Assembly (NCBI GenBank): GCA_965261615.1
Contig: OZ253461.1
Location: 1,395,994 to 1,459,993 of the forward strand
Reading direction: 5' to 3'
Length of the DNA stretch: 64,000 nucleotides
DNA from: Alphaproteobacteria bacterium
GTDB lineage: Bacteria; Pseudomonadota; Alphaproteobacteria; Bin98
Positions 51,531 through 60,146 of this stretch are shown in pieces. Positions within the stretch are counted from its first letter, which is position 1; each line of letters opens with the position of its first letter. A program made the translations under genes and the position numbers. The notes beneath the pieces were generated by a model. That model saw only the letters and a program-made list of their open reading frames with translations, was not told where the DNA came from and searched no databases.

Positions 51531-53178
51531 CACTTTTCACCCAATGTAAATGCTCCTTGTCTAACAGAGGCGTCATTTGCGTGAGCACCCAGCCATGGTA
51601 TCCCTGAAGCCATTGCAGCTCGTCTTGTGTTAATTTAGAAAAGTCAATATGCTTTGTTTGAAAGGGCACAGCCGTTAGTGGCGCAAACCTAAGGTACTCT
51701 TTCCCTTCAACTTCTTGCACAAGGTATAGGTTTTCAAGTCGAATTCCCCAGTTTCCTTCATAAAAACCAGGCTCTATTGACAGAACCATTCCTGGCTTCA
51801 GTGTGGCCGAGCTTTTCCCAGAAAGGGTGGGAGGTGCTTCATGAACATTTAGGGCAAAGCCAACACCGTGACCAGTTCCATGCTTATAGTCACGAAATTC
51901 AGCCCATAGCGCCTTCCGAACAATTCCATCCAACTGTGCTGCGGTAGCTTCTTTGGGAAACACGCTTTTTGCCAGCGCAATGTGCGCTCTCAGCACAGCC
52001 GTATAATCATCAATATACGCGGAAGGAACACTATCACCTAAAAAGACTGACCGAGTCATATCAGTTGTCCCATATTCATATTGCCCTCCTGCATCCAACA
52101 AAAAAGCGCCCTCACCTAGGCTACGACTCGTCTCTTTTGTGGGGTGATAGTGCACAATGGTTGTGTTGCCTGCAAAAGCCGAAATGGTAGGAAAGCTGGG
52201 GCCCCAGTACGCATGCTTACGCTGGCGCACCTTCTCTAATTCTTGGCAAACAGCCCACTCTGACGTAAATTCATTATTTTCCAACCGATACAAAATATCA
52301 ATTAAGGATGATGCTTCTTCCAGGTGGCAAGCCTGCATAGCTGCAATCTCTCCTGTATCTTTAATGCTTTTGGCGGTCACCAAACTGGAAGCGCCAAAAG
52401 TCACATCCACACCCCAAGAGCGAAAAAGCATAGCCATATGCTCAGAGCATGTATGATGCGATCCAACCCAATTTACATTAAGCATTTTTTGCTGTAAGGC
52501 CTCAGTGTTTTCGTCAGAAAGTATAGAAATTTCTACCGACTTCAGCGCTCGGCTCGCTTTTTGCATTTCAGAGTGCGGGACAAATAAGCACGTCTCATGC
52601 GGTGCAAGCAAAAGAATAGACGCAGGACAGCAAGGCACATATAACCGGTCTGGAGATCGTACATTAAGCACCCACGAAATTTCCTCAGGACACGTCACAA
52701 TGGCCCCCTTACCCCCCAACGTTTTAAGCGCGCTTAGCACTAAGTTGCGCTTTTCCAGTGCTGAGCGCCCATTCGTTACATCTGCAGAAACCCAATTATG
52801 TGTGGGGTTTGTTTTCTCGGCGATTTCAACAGACGTAAGTGCTGCACCTTTTTTGTCGATTAATTGCTTCCAGTGACTCCACGCAGCGATAGACAAAGCC
52901 CTTGTATCAGCCCCCACTACACCAGCAAGCTCCACGCTTTCTAAGCTGTCTGTGACCGTAAATCTAGAGGGATCCACCTGCTGCTCGGCTTGCTTGGTAT
53001 ACCGACTATCTGTGATAAGCACACCTGTGTAGTCAGATTTCAAGACCAAAACCCCAGCCGACCCCGTAAAGCTAGAGAAGTGCTGCACCAGCCCACTTTG
53101 CACATATGGCGGCAAGCAGCGCACTGGTATCAGCAAAAAATCGCAACCGTCAGGCCACAAAAAACTGTCAAATGGCAT
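51496..53178 (-). CDS. pepP: Xaa-Pro aminopeptidase (M24B family, three-domain type)
   Basis: C-terminal pita-bread fold with metal ligands in LLDAGGQY..., DMTR, HGTGHGVG, SIEPG and LENL. Confidence 0.8.
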   Translation of the reverse strand: MPFDSFLWPDGCDFLLIPVRCLPPYVQSGLVQHFSSFTGSAGVLVLKSDYTGVLITDSRYTKQAEQQVDPSRFTVTDSLESVELAGVVGADTRALSIAAWSHWKQLIDKKGAALTSVEIAEKTNPTHNWVSADVTNGRSALEKRNLVLSALKTLGGKGAIVTCPEEISWVLNVRSPDRLYVPCCPASILLLAPHETCLFVPHSEMQKASRALKSVEISILSDENTEALQQKMLNVNWVGSHHTCSEHMAMLFRSWGVDVTFGASSLVTAKSIKDTGEIAAMQACHLEEASSLIDILYRLENNEFTSEWAVCQELEKVRQRKHAYWGPSFPTISAFAGNTTIVHYHPTKETSRSLGEGAFLLDAGGQYEYGTTDMTRSVFLGDSVPSAYIDDYTAVLRAHIALAKSVFPKEATAAQLDGIVRKALWAEFRDYKHGTGHGVGFALNVHEAPPTLSGKSSATLKPGMVLSIEPGFYEGNWGIRLENLYLVQEVEGKEYLRFAPLTAVPFQTKHIDFSKLTQDELQWLQGYHGWVLTQMTPLLDKEHLHWVKSAIQHDKWIRSD

Positions 53179-53488
53179 TGATGTCTCTTAACCACTTTTC
53201 CAGGTCAGTTAAAGCCACAAAACCCGTTTTCTCGCCGATTTTTTTGCCACCACGGAAGCACTGCAAATTAGGAATGCTCACAATTTCCATAACGCTTGCT
53301 AAATCAGGGTAGTCCGCTATATTCACTTTTATCACCTCGATTTCAGACGCATATCGAGATCCAAAATCCTCGATTACTGGCATCAGCATTGTACAAGGAC
53401 GGCACCACGGCGCCCAAAAGTCAATTAAAACAGGCTTATCCCCTTGTAGTACCTGTTGTAGCTCTATCATATTTACTTCTCGAACCAT
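53168..53488 (-). CDS. trxA: Thioredoxin (active site WCRPC)
   Basis: VLIDFWAPWCRPCTMLMPVIE plus the downstream cis-Pro region (VSIPNL). The start is taken at ATG 53488 (or 53470). The longer listed N-terminus is unlikely. Confidence 0.8.
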   Translation of the reverse strand: MVREVNMIELQQVLQGDKPVLIDFWAPWCRPCTMLMPVIEDFGSRYASEIEVIKVNIADYPDLASVMEIVSIPNLQCFRGGKKIGEKTGFVALTDLEKWLRDINAI

Positions 53489-53625
53489 AGTCACCTCGCA
53501 TCGTATTTTAGCATAAGGGCACGTGGCGCCACCCTCTCTACACGTCACTTAAGCTCCCCCCTCCCCAGGAACGTCACATTCATGCTACAAATATACGCTC
53601 TTCCCTAGTATAATTTCAGCAAAAA

Positions 53626-54600
53626 ATGACGGCTCTAGTGATATCATTACTTATGCGCAGCCTGCTTATATTGGTTCTTTTCTTTGCTGCCCCTTATTGT
53701 TTGGCAGGCCCCAGATTTCCGTCTTTACTAAAAATAGTTGCCCCTTCCCACACAGTCATTCCCAAAAGCTCGCCTCTTTTTAGGTCACAAAACCCACAAC
53801 ATAGCGCGCAAAGCTTTACAAAATCGACTCAAAACCTGCCCTTACCCTGGCATCACCAGTGGGCCAATTCATGGCTACCATTTGAAGATAAGTGGATTCC
53901 CTTCATCTACTCTAAACACCACGTCGTTTACCCTCAAAGCCCCACAATTATTCACGCCTATAATCAGGATTTTGTATGTGGCTTTAAAGTTAAGCCGCGT
54001 GATGTCACCTTTACAGTTACACATAACAATCAAAATATTGTGGAAAAAAACATTGCACTCAACAGCTCTATTTTCAGGGCCCCGCCATCACTTTACACTA
54101 TGCAAAGCGATGATGACTTTTTTGGATGGGCTGTACTTTCTGATCACAACTTATACCTTTTTTTGCTGCATCCACACAAGGGCCAATTTACAATCACAGA
54201 GTATACGATTCCCATAGTATATAACGTAAAAGGTCCTTGTATGATTGTAAGCTTGCATCATAAGATCCAAAATTCTCTTGAATTCTGGACGGGTGAGCAA
54301 CTCTTCCCCGGCGTCCCTAACTGCATCACGCCAATACGCTATACTATTGCCCTACCTGGCCAAAATCAAAGCACGGCCCGCATCGATAAAGGCCTCCCGC
54401 CTAACATCAGCAAATGGCCTGACTTCACGCGCATGTGGTCGAAAGAGTCCATCATGTGCGCAGCACTCTTTTACAATATCCCCCCCCCACAAGCGGACTT
54501 GTCGCAAACCCACTTAGACTTACCTCACTACGCATGTACAAATTCCGCAAGTGCTACTCCCCCCATCGAAAAACTTAAAGTATTAGTGGTTGATTCATGA
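53626..54600 (+). CDS. Exported orphan protein, paralog A1 (324 aa)
   Basis: Signal peptide MTALVISLLMRSLLILVLFFAAPYCLAG. It shares blocks with the next ORF. TATAAT at 53609-53614 lies 11 nt upstream. Confidence 0.6.
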   Translation: MTALVISLLMRSLLILVLFFAAPYCLAGPRFPSLLKIVAPSHTVIPKSSPLFRSQNPQHSAQSFTKSTQNLPLPWHHQWANSWLPFEDKWIPFIYSKHHVVYPQSPTIIHAYNQDFVCGFKVKPRDVTFTVTHNNQNIVEKNIALNSSIFRAPPSLYTMQSDDDFFGWAVLSDHNLYLFLLHPHKGQFTITEYTIPIVYNVKGPCMIVSLHHKIQNSLEFWTGEQLFPGVPNCITPIRYTIALPGQNQSTARIDKGLPPNISKWPDFTRMWSKESIMCAALFYNIPPPQADLSQTHLDLPHYACTNSASATPPIEKLKVLVVDS

Positions 54601-55637
54601 TAGTGGCTCTTATTATTTCTTCTCTTGTGGGCAATGGTCTTTATGCTGCCAGCAAACCACGATCCCATCATTCACTGTTTTTTCAGCTACCACACCCTTT
54701 TTATGCCATCAAGCCTCATAAAATCACTTTACTGACAGCCACGCCCCTTTTAGCAACCCCAACGTTAAAAGGCAAAAAAATTGGTTCTCTTGCTGAAGGT
54801 ACAGAAATCAAAAACAAAGGGAACATCCCTACGAGCAAAGGTTTTTTGCCCTTTAACAATGGATGGGTCCCCTTTGATTTCACCGCAGACAAGCATCAGT
54901 TTTTATCACAAAAAAGCATTGACTCTGCGGCAAGCATTAACGGCACCATTCTTACAGGAAGCCTCTCCTATGTAAGCAGCTCTTACTGGACATTTTCTAT
55001 AAAAGACAGCAACAATCACGAGGTTTTCAAACGCAGCCTTCTTAAGGAAAGGGCGCTCTTACGCACCAATCGAATTGGTCTGTTTGATTTTGTACCCATT
55101 GAGACTGAAGCTAACCATGCAAATACCGCCGCTTGGCTTTTAGCTTTGGAGAGCAAAGCTAACCTTTTTATCCCCTTTTTTCAAAATGGAAAAATCAAAG
55201 TAACTCATGAGTTGCTGAACTTATGGCAAATAAACGGTGAGCATCGTCTTATCGTTACCTTCCACGACGGAACTCTGGACATTTGGCAAACCAAAACGGT
55301 TCCCACAAGAAAAAATGCGCCTATTAAGGTCATTCGCATCCCCTACATTATAAGGTTCACGTTTCATAAAAACCAGCCGCCCACACGACAGATTATTGTC
55401 CCGCCGAACGATATCAAATTATGGCCCACTGAAGCACGCGATCACTTTTCTTCTGCAGAGCAGTACGTCACCTCTTTGCATTATGGCCTAAATATACTGA
55501 AAAACAGCAGTTGCGAAGATCTCAAGAAAAAAGGGAGCTTAAAAGGGCACAATTTCGAAGTTCTCAAAAGCCTTTGGGAGAACATCCCCAAAGACCTTAA
55601 AAACACATCTGGCCCACGGTGGATAAAGCGCGCTTAA
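54597..55637 (+). CDS. Exported orphan protein, paralog A2 (346 aa)
   Basis: ATGA overlap with the upstream ORF and a signal-like N-terminus. Shared blocks are WLPFEDKWIPF/FLPFNNGWVPF and VTFTVTHNNQNIVEKNIAL/WTFSIKDSNNHEVFKRSLL. Confidence 0.6.
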   Translation: MIVALIISSLVGNGLYAASKPRSHHSLFFQLPHPFYAIKPHKITLLTATPLLATPTLKGKKIGSLAEGTEIKNKGNIPTSKGFLPFNNGWVPFDFTADKHQFLSQKSIDSAASINGTILTGSLSYVSSSYWTFSIKDSNNHEVFKRSLLKERALLRTNRIGLFDFVPIETEANHANTAAWLLALESKANLFIPFFQNGKIKVTHELLNLWQINGEHRLIVTFHDGTLDIWQTKTVPTRKNAPIKVIRIPYIIRFTFHKNQPPTRQIIVPPNDIKLWPTEARDHFSSAEQYVTSLHYGLNILKNSSCEDLKKKGSLKGHNFEVLKSLWENIPKDLKNTSGPRWIKRA

Positions 55638-55656
55638 CCCCGGCGCAAACAAGAAG

Positions 55657-55683
55657 ACACCTCTTCCCTAAGGGAAGGGGTGT
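55657..55683. terminator. Stem-loop between convergent genes (12-bp stem with one G-U pair, 3-nt loop)
   Basis: acacctcttccc-taa-gggaaggggtgt. On the minus strand it is followed by tcttcttgtttg, which is U-rich. It lies 12 nt after the stop of the 447-aa gene and 20 nt after the stop of the 346-aa gene. Confidence 0.55.
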
Positions 55684-55694
55684 TGGTCCTCTAA

Positions 55695-57038
55695 TTAGCT
55701 TTGCTGTATTTTACCGAAAGCGCGCAGTTTCTGCCAATTATACGCCTTCTCCCAGTCTAGCCATATGGCACTTTCACCACACGTCCCATTTGCTACACCA
55801 TACTCAGGCCTAGCACTTCCAAAACCAGCCCCTAAAACAAGTACACGGCGTGTCTCTTCGACCACCTTGGCAACCACATACGATCCAACACGACCCACAA
55901 GCACATCTCCTAAGTGTGGCAGTTGACTCGCCACACAAGGAGTTGATTGATTCATAATTGCAAGAAAATGATCCTGACCAGATAAACGCACTTTAGCGTC
56001 AATGGCAAGAGACGTTAAGGCAGAAGCATCTGCAGAATCTCCCGCAATTTGTGCTGCTAAGCCTCCATATTGAAAGCTTCCTGGAAGAGATACCGTATAA
56101 GCTCCTCCATCATATGCGAACAAAAAGCCCAAGTGTTTCTGTGATGACTGTTTCAGCAACGCGTCACTTAAATCTTCTCGCAGCAAAGCAAGGCTTGCCG
56201 CCTCCGTACGCTGCACAACGGCAAAAGGACTCCAAATCGGACTGCTTTTCAAGGCTAACAACCATGATGACGGTTTTGCTTCCTCTTGCTCAGAGAGAAA
56301 AGCATATAAGCTTTGCAAAACAAAAAGAAGAGCAGGCTTTCCAACCATAGCACTGCCAAATGATGGCGCTGGCTTCTCTAAGATCCCATTAAACACTGAA
56401 AGGGCAGTGGAGGCAGGGTCATTTTGCTGGTTCACAAACAAACCGTTAAAACCAACAATCGTCCTCGTGTCCAAAAGTTCTTTTACATTCAGAGCAACTT
56501 GGTTTGTCTGAGTGTATTGTGGAAGCTGTGGAATAATTGCATTATATACTGAGTGGTAGTAAGCTAAAGACCATGCTCTTACATACAAAGGAATACTCTC
56601 TGCGCTTGTTGGCCTCTCAGTTTGGCTTGCATATAGCTCACAAAGAGCTTGCGCTGCATCCACAACGGCTTCTGAGGACAAAAATACAACATCTCCAGAG
56701 GCTAGCTTGCCCAACACTTCTTTGAACTGATCAAAAGGCAGCAATTCATCAGCGTCTTGCAGCCACTGCCCACGATCCACAGAAAAATCTGATTTCAGAA
56801 TCCTTGAAGCCACTCGAGTATATTTTTCCCCTCTGGCTCCTTCAGGGTGTAAGATCAAAGGAGAGGCAAACTGGGCTAATGACTCATTAAGAGCCTGTAT
56901 TGTAGCTTCACACTCATCACAAGCCAACTCTGCACTGCGAACTCTAGATTTTACATCTAGCTCTGTCTCTTCTAGATTCCCAGCGGCAAATAAACCAAAA
57001 CTTAACGCGTATCCGCAAAATAATATAATTCTAAACAT
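55695..57038 (-). CDS. Exported orphan protein, paralog B1 (447 aa)
   Basis: Signal peptide MFRIILFCGYALSFGLFAAG. It shares several blocks with the 431-aa ORF at 57622-58917, for example VNQQNDPAS. Confidence 0.65.
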   Translation of the reverse strand: MFRIILFCGYALSFGLFAAGNLEETELDVKSRVRSAELACDECEATIQALNESLAQFASPLILHPEGARGEKYTRVASRILKSDFSVDRGQWLQDADELLPFDQFKEVLGKLASGDVVFLSSEAVVDAAQALCELYASQTERPTSAESIPLYVRAWSLAYYHSVYNAIIPQLPQYTQTNQVALNVKELLDTRTIVGFNGLFVNQQNDPASTALSVFNGILEKPAPSFGSAMVGKPALLFVLQSLYAFLSEQEEAKPSSWLLALKSSPIWSPFAVVQRTEAASLALLREDLSDALLKQSSQKHLGFLFAYDGGAYTVSLPGSFQYGGLAAQIAGDSADASALTSLAIDAKVRLSGQDHFLAIMNQSTPCVASQLPHLGDVLVGRVGSYVVAKVVEETRRVLVLGAGFGSARPEYGVANGTCGESAIWLDWEKAYNWQKLRAFGKIQQS

Positions 57039-57068
57039 AAGTCATTTTATCAAGAAAAACTCAAAAAG

Positions 57069-57530
57069 TCAACTATATTTACAGACCAAGAACGGCCCGC
57101 TCCCAGCCACACTGACGAAAGGCCTCTGCACCTTAATTTGAGGAATCGGGGTTTGAGGCGAGTCCTTTATTCCATAAGCACTTGAGTGCACACCTAAACT
57201 TAGCTCTTTAAGTGATGTTGCTCGATCACCAGAAAAGCGCTTAGAGTTTTCACCAGTTGCCTCACCTTGCACTTCACAACACACCTTAGTTGACATACCG
57301 TTCCACTTTTGAAGCGTAGTCGGCGGCTTTATTGCGCAAGGCGCGATGTCAGGTATACTCAACCCTAGCACTGACTGTACACCCCTGGTTAAACACATAT
57401 ATAGTGGCGCCTTAGTTGGCATACCACATTCTAACTTTTGAGGCGTAGTCCGTATTTCAGCCTCTGGTGCTTCTACAGCCAACAAATTAGCACTCACTGC
57501 ATATCCAGATAAAAACAAAGCTTTCAGCAT
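57069..57530 (-). CDS. Small exported Cys-containing orphan protein (153 aa) with internal duplication
   Basis: The start at ATG 57530 gives the signal peptide MLKALFLSGYAVSANLLAVEA. There is an internal repeat TTPQKLECGMPTK / TTLQKWNGMSTK. Confidence 0.5.
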   Translation of the reverse strand: MLKALFLSGYAVSANLLAVEAPEAEIRTTPQKLECGMPTKAPLYMCLTRGVQSVLGLSIPDIAPCAIKPPTTLQKWNGMSTKVCCEVQGEATGENSKRFSGDRATSLKELSLGVHSSAYGIKDSPQTPIPQIKVQRPFVSVAGSGPFLVCKYS

Positions 57531-57621
57531 TTCTAATTGTATCAAGCACACGCAAGATATCAATCGTCTTATACACAAAAAATACAGCCAACCCCACACA
57601 AACCAGGAGACACTCAGTTGA

Positions 57622-58917
57622 CTAAGATTCTCGGTCTTTTAGCACATAGAAATCGCGTATTACTGAAAAGTACGCCCAATCAACGGCAAATGCGGCAACG
57701 CCACCCACGCTTTCTTTATACCCTCTTTGCGCATCTGTAAAGCAGCACCCACCAAGAACGACCTCTCCCTCTTCTGGAGATACCTCGAGCACAAGGAAAG
57801 CTGTGGCCTTACAAATCAAAACATCTCCAGCGCTAGGGTATAGGGGGTAAGCAACATGCTCGACAGACTCACGTTCAACAAAAAGGTCGTATACTGTTGG
57901 CACAGCCTCTGCTTGAGCTTGCATTGGTCGGTTGGGCGGAACTCCAGGCCCATGGTCACGCCTTCCCAAGTCAAGCAAAAGGGTCTGCATACTTGAGGCA
58001 TCGTTGGCAGCACCACAGTAATAGGCCCCTAACCCACCAAAGTTAAAACCAAAGGGAATAATCGCAGTATATAAGCAGCCATCAATTTCAAGTATATAAT
58101 GTGCGGCATCAAAAATGCGTCGTTGCATGTTTAAAATATCATGCACAACAAGACCAGCACGCGCCACTGTTTCGCACTCCAGCTTTTGCAAGATCACATG
58201 GTTGCTCCATGCCGCGCTTTCATGAAGGGCCTCTAGTAAATTCGGACGGTTGCGCATAATGAAAAGGGCCAGCCGTTTGTATACCCATAAAAGCGCCTCT
58301 TTTCCAACAAGTGGGGTGTTTTTCGCTCGACCAATGAGCTCGCCTTTTTTCAAAAAAGCATAAGCACTCGCTGCTGGATCATTTTGCTGGTTTACCCAAA
58401 AGCCTTTTTCTCCAACGCGCCCCATTCCACTGGTGAGTATTTCTTCGAAAAACTCACCCAGACCCGAGTATTCACTACGGTCTATTAAAGGTTGGTTCGC
58501 AATAATTGCATGTAGCTTTAAGGCATCATACACCAGCTTCCACACAAAACGACGCATAACACGCGCTCTATCTTCGCTCAGGTTGCGCACTAGTGATCCA
58601 TCGTTGTAGCGCTTCAAAATCCTTTTAGTGCTCACTGTGGGCAAATAGCAAGTGTCTTTTGATGTTAGCAAGTGGATGCCTGCGCGCAACTCTTCTTCAG
58701 ACATGAGCCTTGCGCTTTCTGCATCCCATTTTTCTATATCAACAGAGCGCTTTTTACCTTTTGCTTGAATCAGAACTTCTCGCCAAACATTATTAAGGCT
58801 CTGAGGGTACAACAAAGCTTGCGGAGGCACCACAGCTTTACATTTTGTGTCGTAGACCCTATACCCCAACACGCCTACACATAAAAGACCCAAAATGATT
58901 TTTATATAATTAGCCAC
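57622..58917 (-). CDS. Exported/membrane-anchored orphan protein, paralog B2 (431 aa)
   Basis: N-terminal hydrophobic anchor MANYIKIILGLLCVGVLGY. It is paralogous to the ORF at 55695-57038. Confidence 0.65.
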   Translation of the reverse strand: MANYIKIILGLLCVGVLGYRVYDTKCKAVVPPQALLYPQSLNNVWREVLIQAKGKKRSVDIEKWDAESARLMSEEELRAGIHLLTSKDTCYLPTVSTKRILKRYNDGSLVRNLSEDRARVMRRFVWKLVYDALKLHAIIANQPLIDRSEYSGLGEFFEEILTSGMGRVGEKGFWVNQQNDPAASAYAFLKKGELIGRAKNTPLVGKEALLWVYKRLALFIMRNRPNLLEALHESAAWSNHVILQKLECETVARAGLVVHDILNMQRRIFDAAHYILEIDGCLYTAIIPFGFNFGGLGAYYCGAANDASSMQTLLLDLGRRDHGPGVPPNRPMQAQAEAVPTVYDLFVERESVEHVAYPLYPSAGDVLICKATAFLVLEVSPEEGEVVLGGCCFTDAQRGYKESVGGVAAFAVDWAYFSVIRDFYVLKDRES

Positions 58918-58925
58918 GCACTATG

Positions 58926-59834
58926 CTACCATACTACCTCTGCCTGTACAATGCGAGTATCCCGAGTAATATGCTGTTTTAAAAAAGAAAGCATACTAGA
59001 GGGTAAAGGGCAGGTCCAGCGATACTGTTGATCAAAAGCCTGCATTTGAAGGTGGTATGCATGCAGCATTAGAGGCTCTTTCCCACGCAGCGCACATCCA
59101 TAGTCACCCACTATTGGATGCTTTAGCGCTGCGCAATGAGTCCGCAGCTGTCGTTTGCGCCCTGTCACGGCCTGTAATGCAACAAGTGTATATTGTTTGT
59201 TGCCCGCCAATTTTTGGTAACGACTTAAGGCATCTACGCGCCGCCCCTCAATATTAAGGGGTTGCGCGATGGTACCACTTTTTTGACACACCCATCCATT
59301 TAAGATTGCTATATAGTATTTGCTTACCCGCTTTTCTGTTAGGAGCAGCCGAAGCTCATCAGCTGCTTGACGACTTTTAGGGCACACCAAAAGTCCTGAC
59401 GTATCTTTATCCAGCCGATGTCCCAACCGCACAGGAGCACCGCCTTTTGCTTGAGAGTAAAACCGAAGCATACCATCAAGTGTTTTCACATTTTTTGTCC
59501 CCTGATGCACAGCTAACCCTTTGGGTTTATTGCACACCAAGAAGTGACTATCCTCAAATACTGTGATTTTTTCAATATCTGACACTGCGTACACAGCGCT
59601 TGCAGGGAGCTTTTTGTTCTCAAAAGATGTTTCCACGGCATCTCCCAGACATAAAACGTGGTCCCACTTAACTTTTTTTCCATTAACACGCACACGCCCT
59701 TTACGTACAGCGCTCAAAAGTCCGCCATAAGGCACCGTCTTAAAGTTTTTTTTCAAAAAACGATCCAACCGACCAACACCTTCCTCACAAACAAGAAGAG
59801 CATGCCGCTTATACGTGTAGTGAGCGGTTTGCAT
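58926..59834 (-). CDS. rluC: RluA/RluC-family 23S rRNA pseudouridine synthase (S4 domain + catalytic domain)
   Basis: S4-like N-terminus (RLDRFLKK...RVRVNGKK) and catalytic HRLDKDTSGLLV motif. The start is taken at ATG 59834 to avoid overlapping xseB. Confidence 0.82.
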   Translation of the reverse strand: MQTAHYTYKRHALLVCEEGVGRLDRFLKKNFKTVPYGGLLSAVRKGRVRVNGKKVKWDHVLCLGDAVETSFENKKLPASAVYAVSDIEKITVFEDSHFLVCNKPKGLAVHQGTKNVKTLDGMLRFYSQAKGGAPVRLGHRLDKDTSGLLVCPKSRQAADELRLLLTEKRVSKYYIAILNGWVCQKSGTIAQPLNIEGRRVDALSRYQKLAGNKQYTLVALQAVTGRKRQLRTHCAALKHPIVGDYGCALRGKEPLMLHAYHLQMQAFDQQYRWTCPLPSSMLSFLKQHITRDTRIVQAEVVW

Positions 59835-59841
59835 AGGTCTC

Positions 59842-60087
59842 CTACCCTTCAGTCGACGCATTTACGTCAAAGGGTTCCGTAGTCATAGGCTGTGTTTGTG
59901 TCACCTTTGAAACACGCACTTCTGCATCACGTAGCTTTTTTTCACAGTGTTTTTTGAGTAGCATACTACGTTCATAGGCACTTACAGCCTCTTCTAGTGG
60001 AAGGTTGGCAGCCTCCATTTGCTCAAAAATATTTTTCAACTCTTGCAAAGCGGCCTCAAAGGTCATTTTTTCGATATCTGCACTCAT
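59842..60087 (-). CDS. xseB: Exodeoxyribonuclease VII small subunit
   Basis: 81 aa with FEAALQELKNIFEQMEAANLPLEEAVSAYERSMLLKKHCEKKL, typical of XseB. Confidence 0.88.
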   Translation of the reverse strand: MSADIEKMTFEAALQELKNIFEQMEAANLPLEEAVSAYERSMLLKKHCEKKLRDAEVRVSKVTQTQPMTTEPFDVNASTEG

Positions 60088-60146
60088 GGTCTTTCCCCTT
60101 ATATTAAAGGCATTTTATCATTCTTTTCCGCAAAGAAAAAGGCGCT

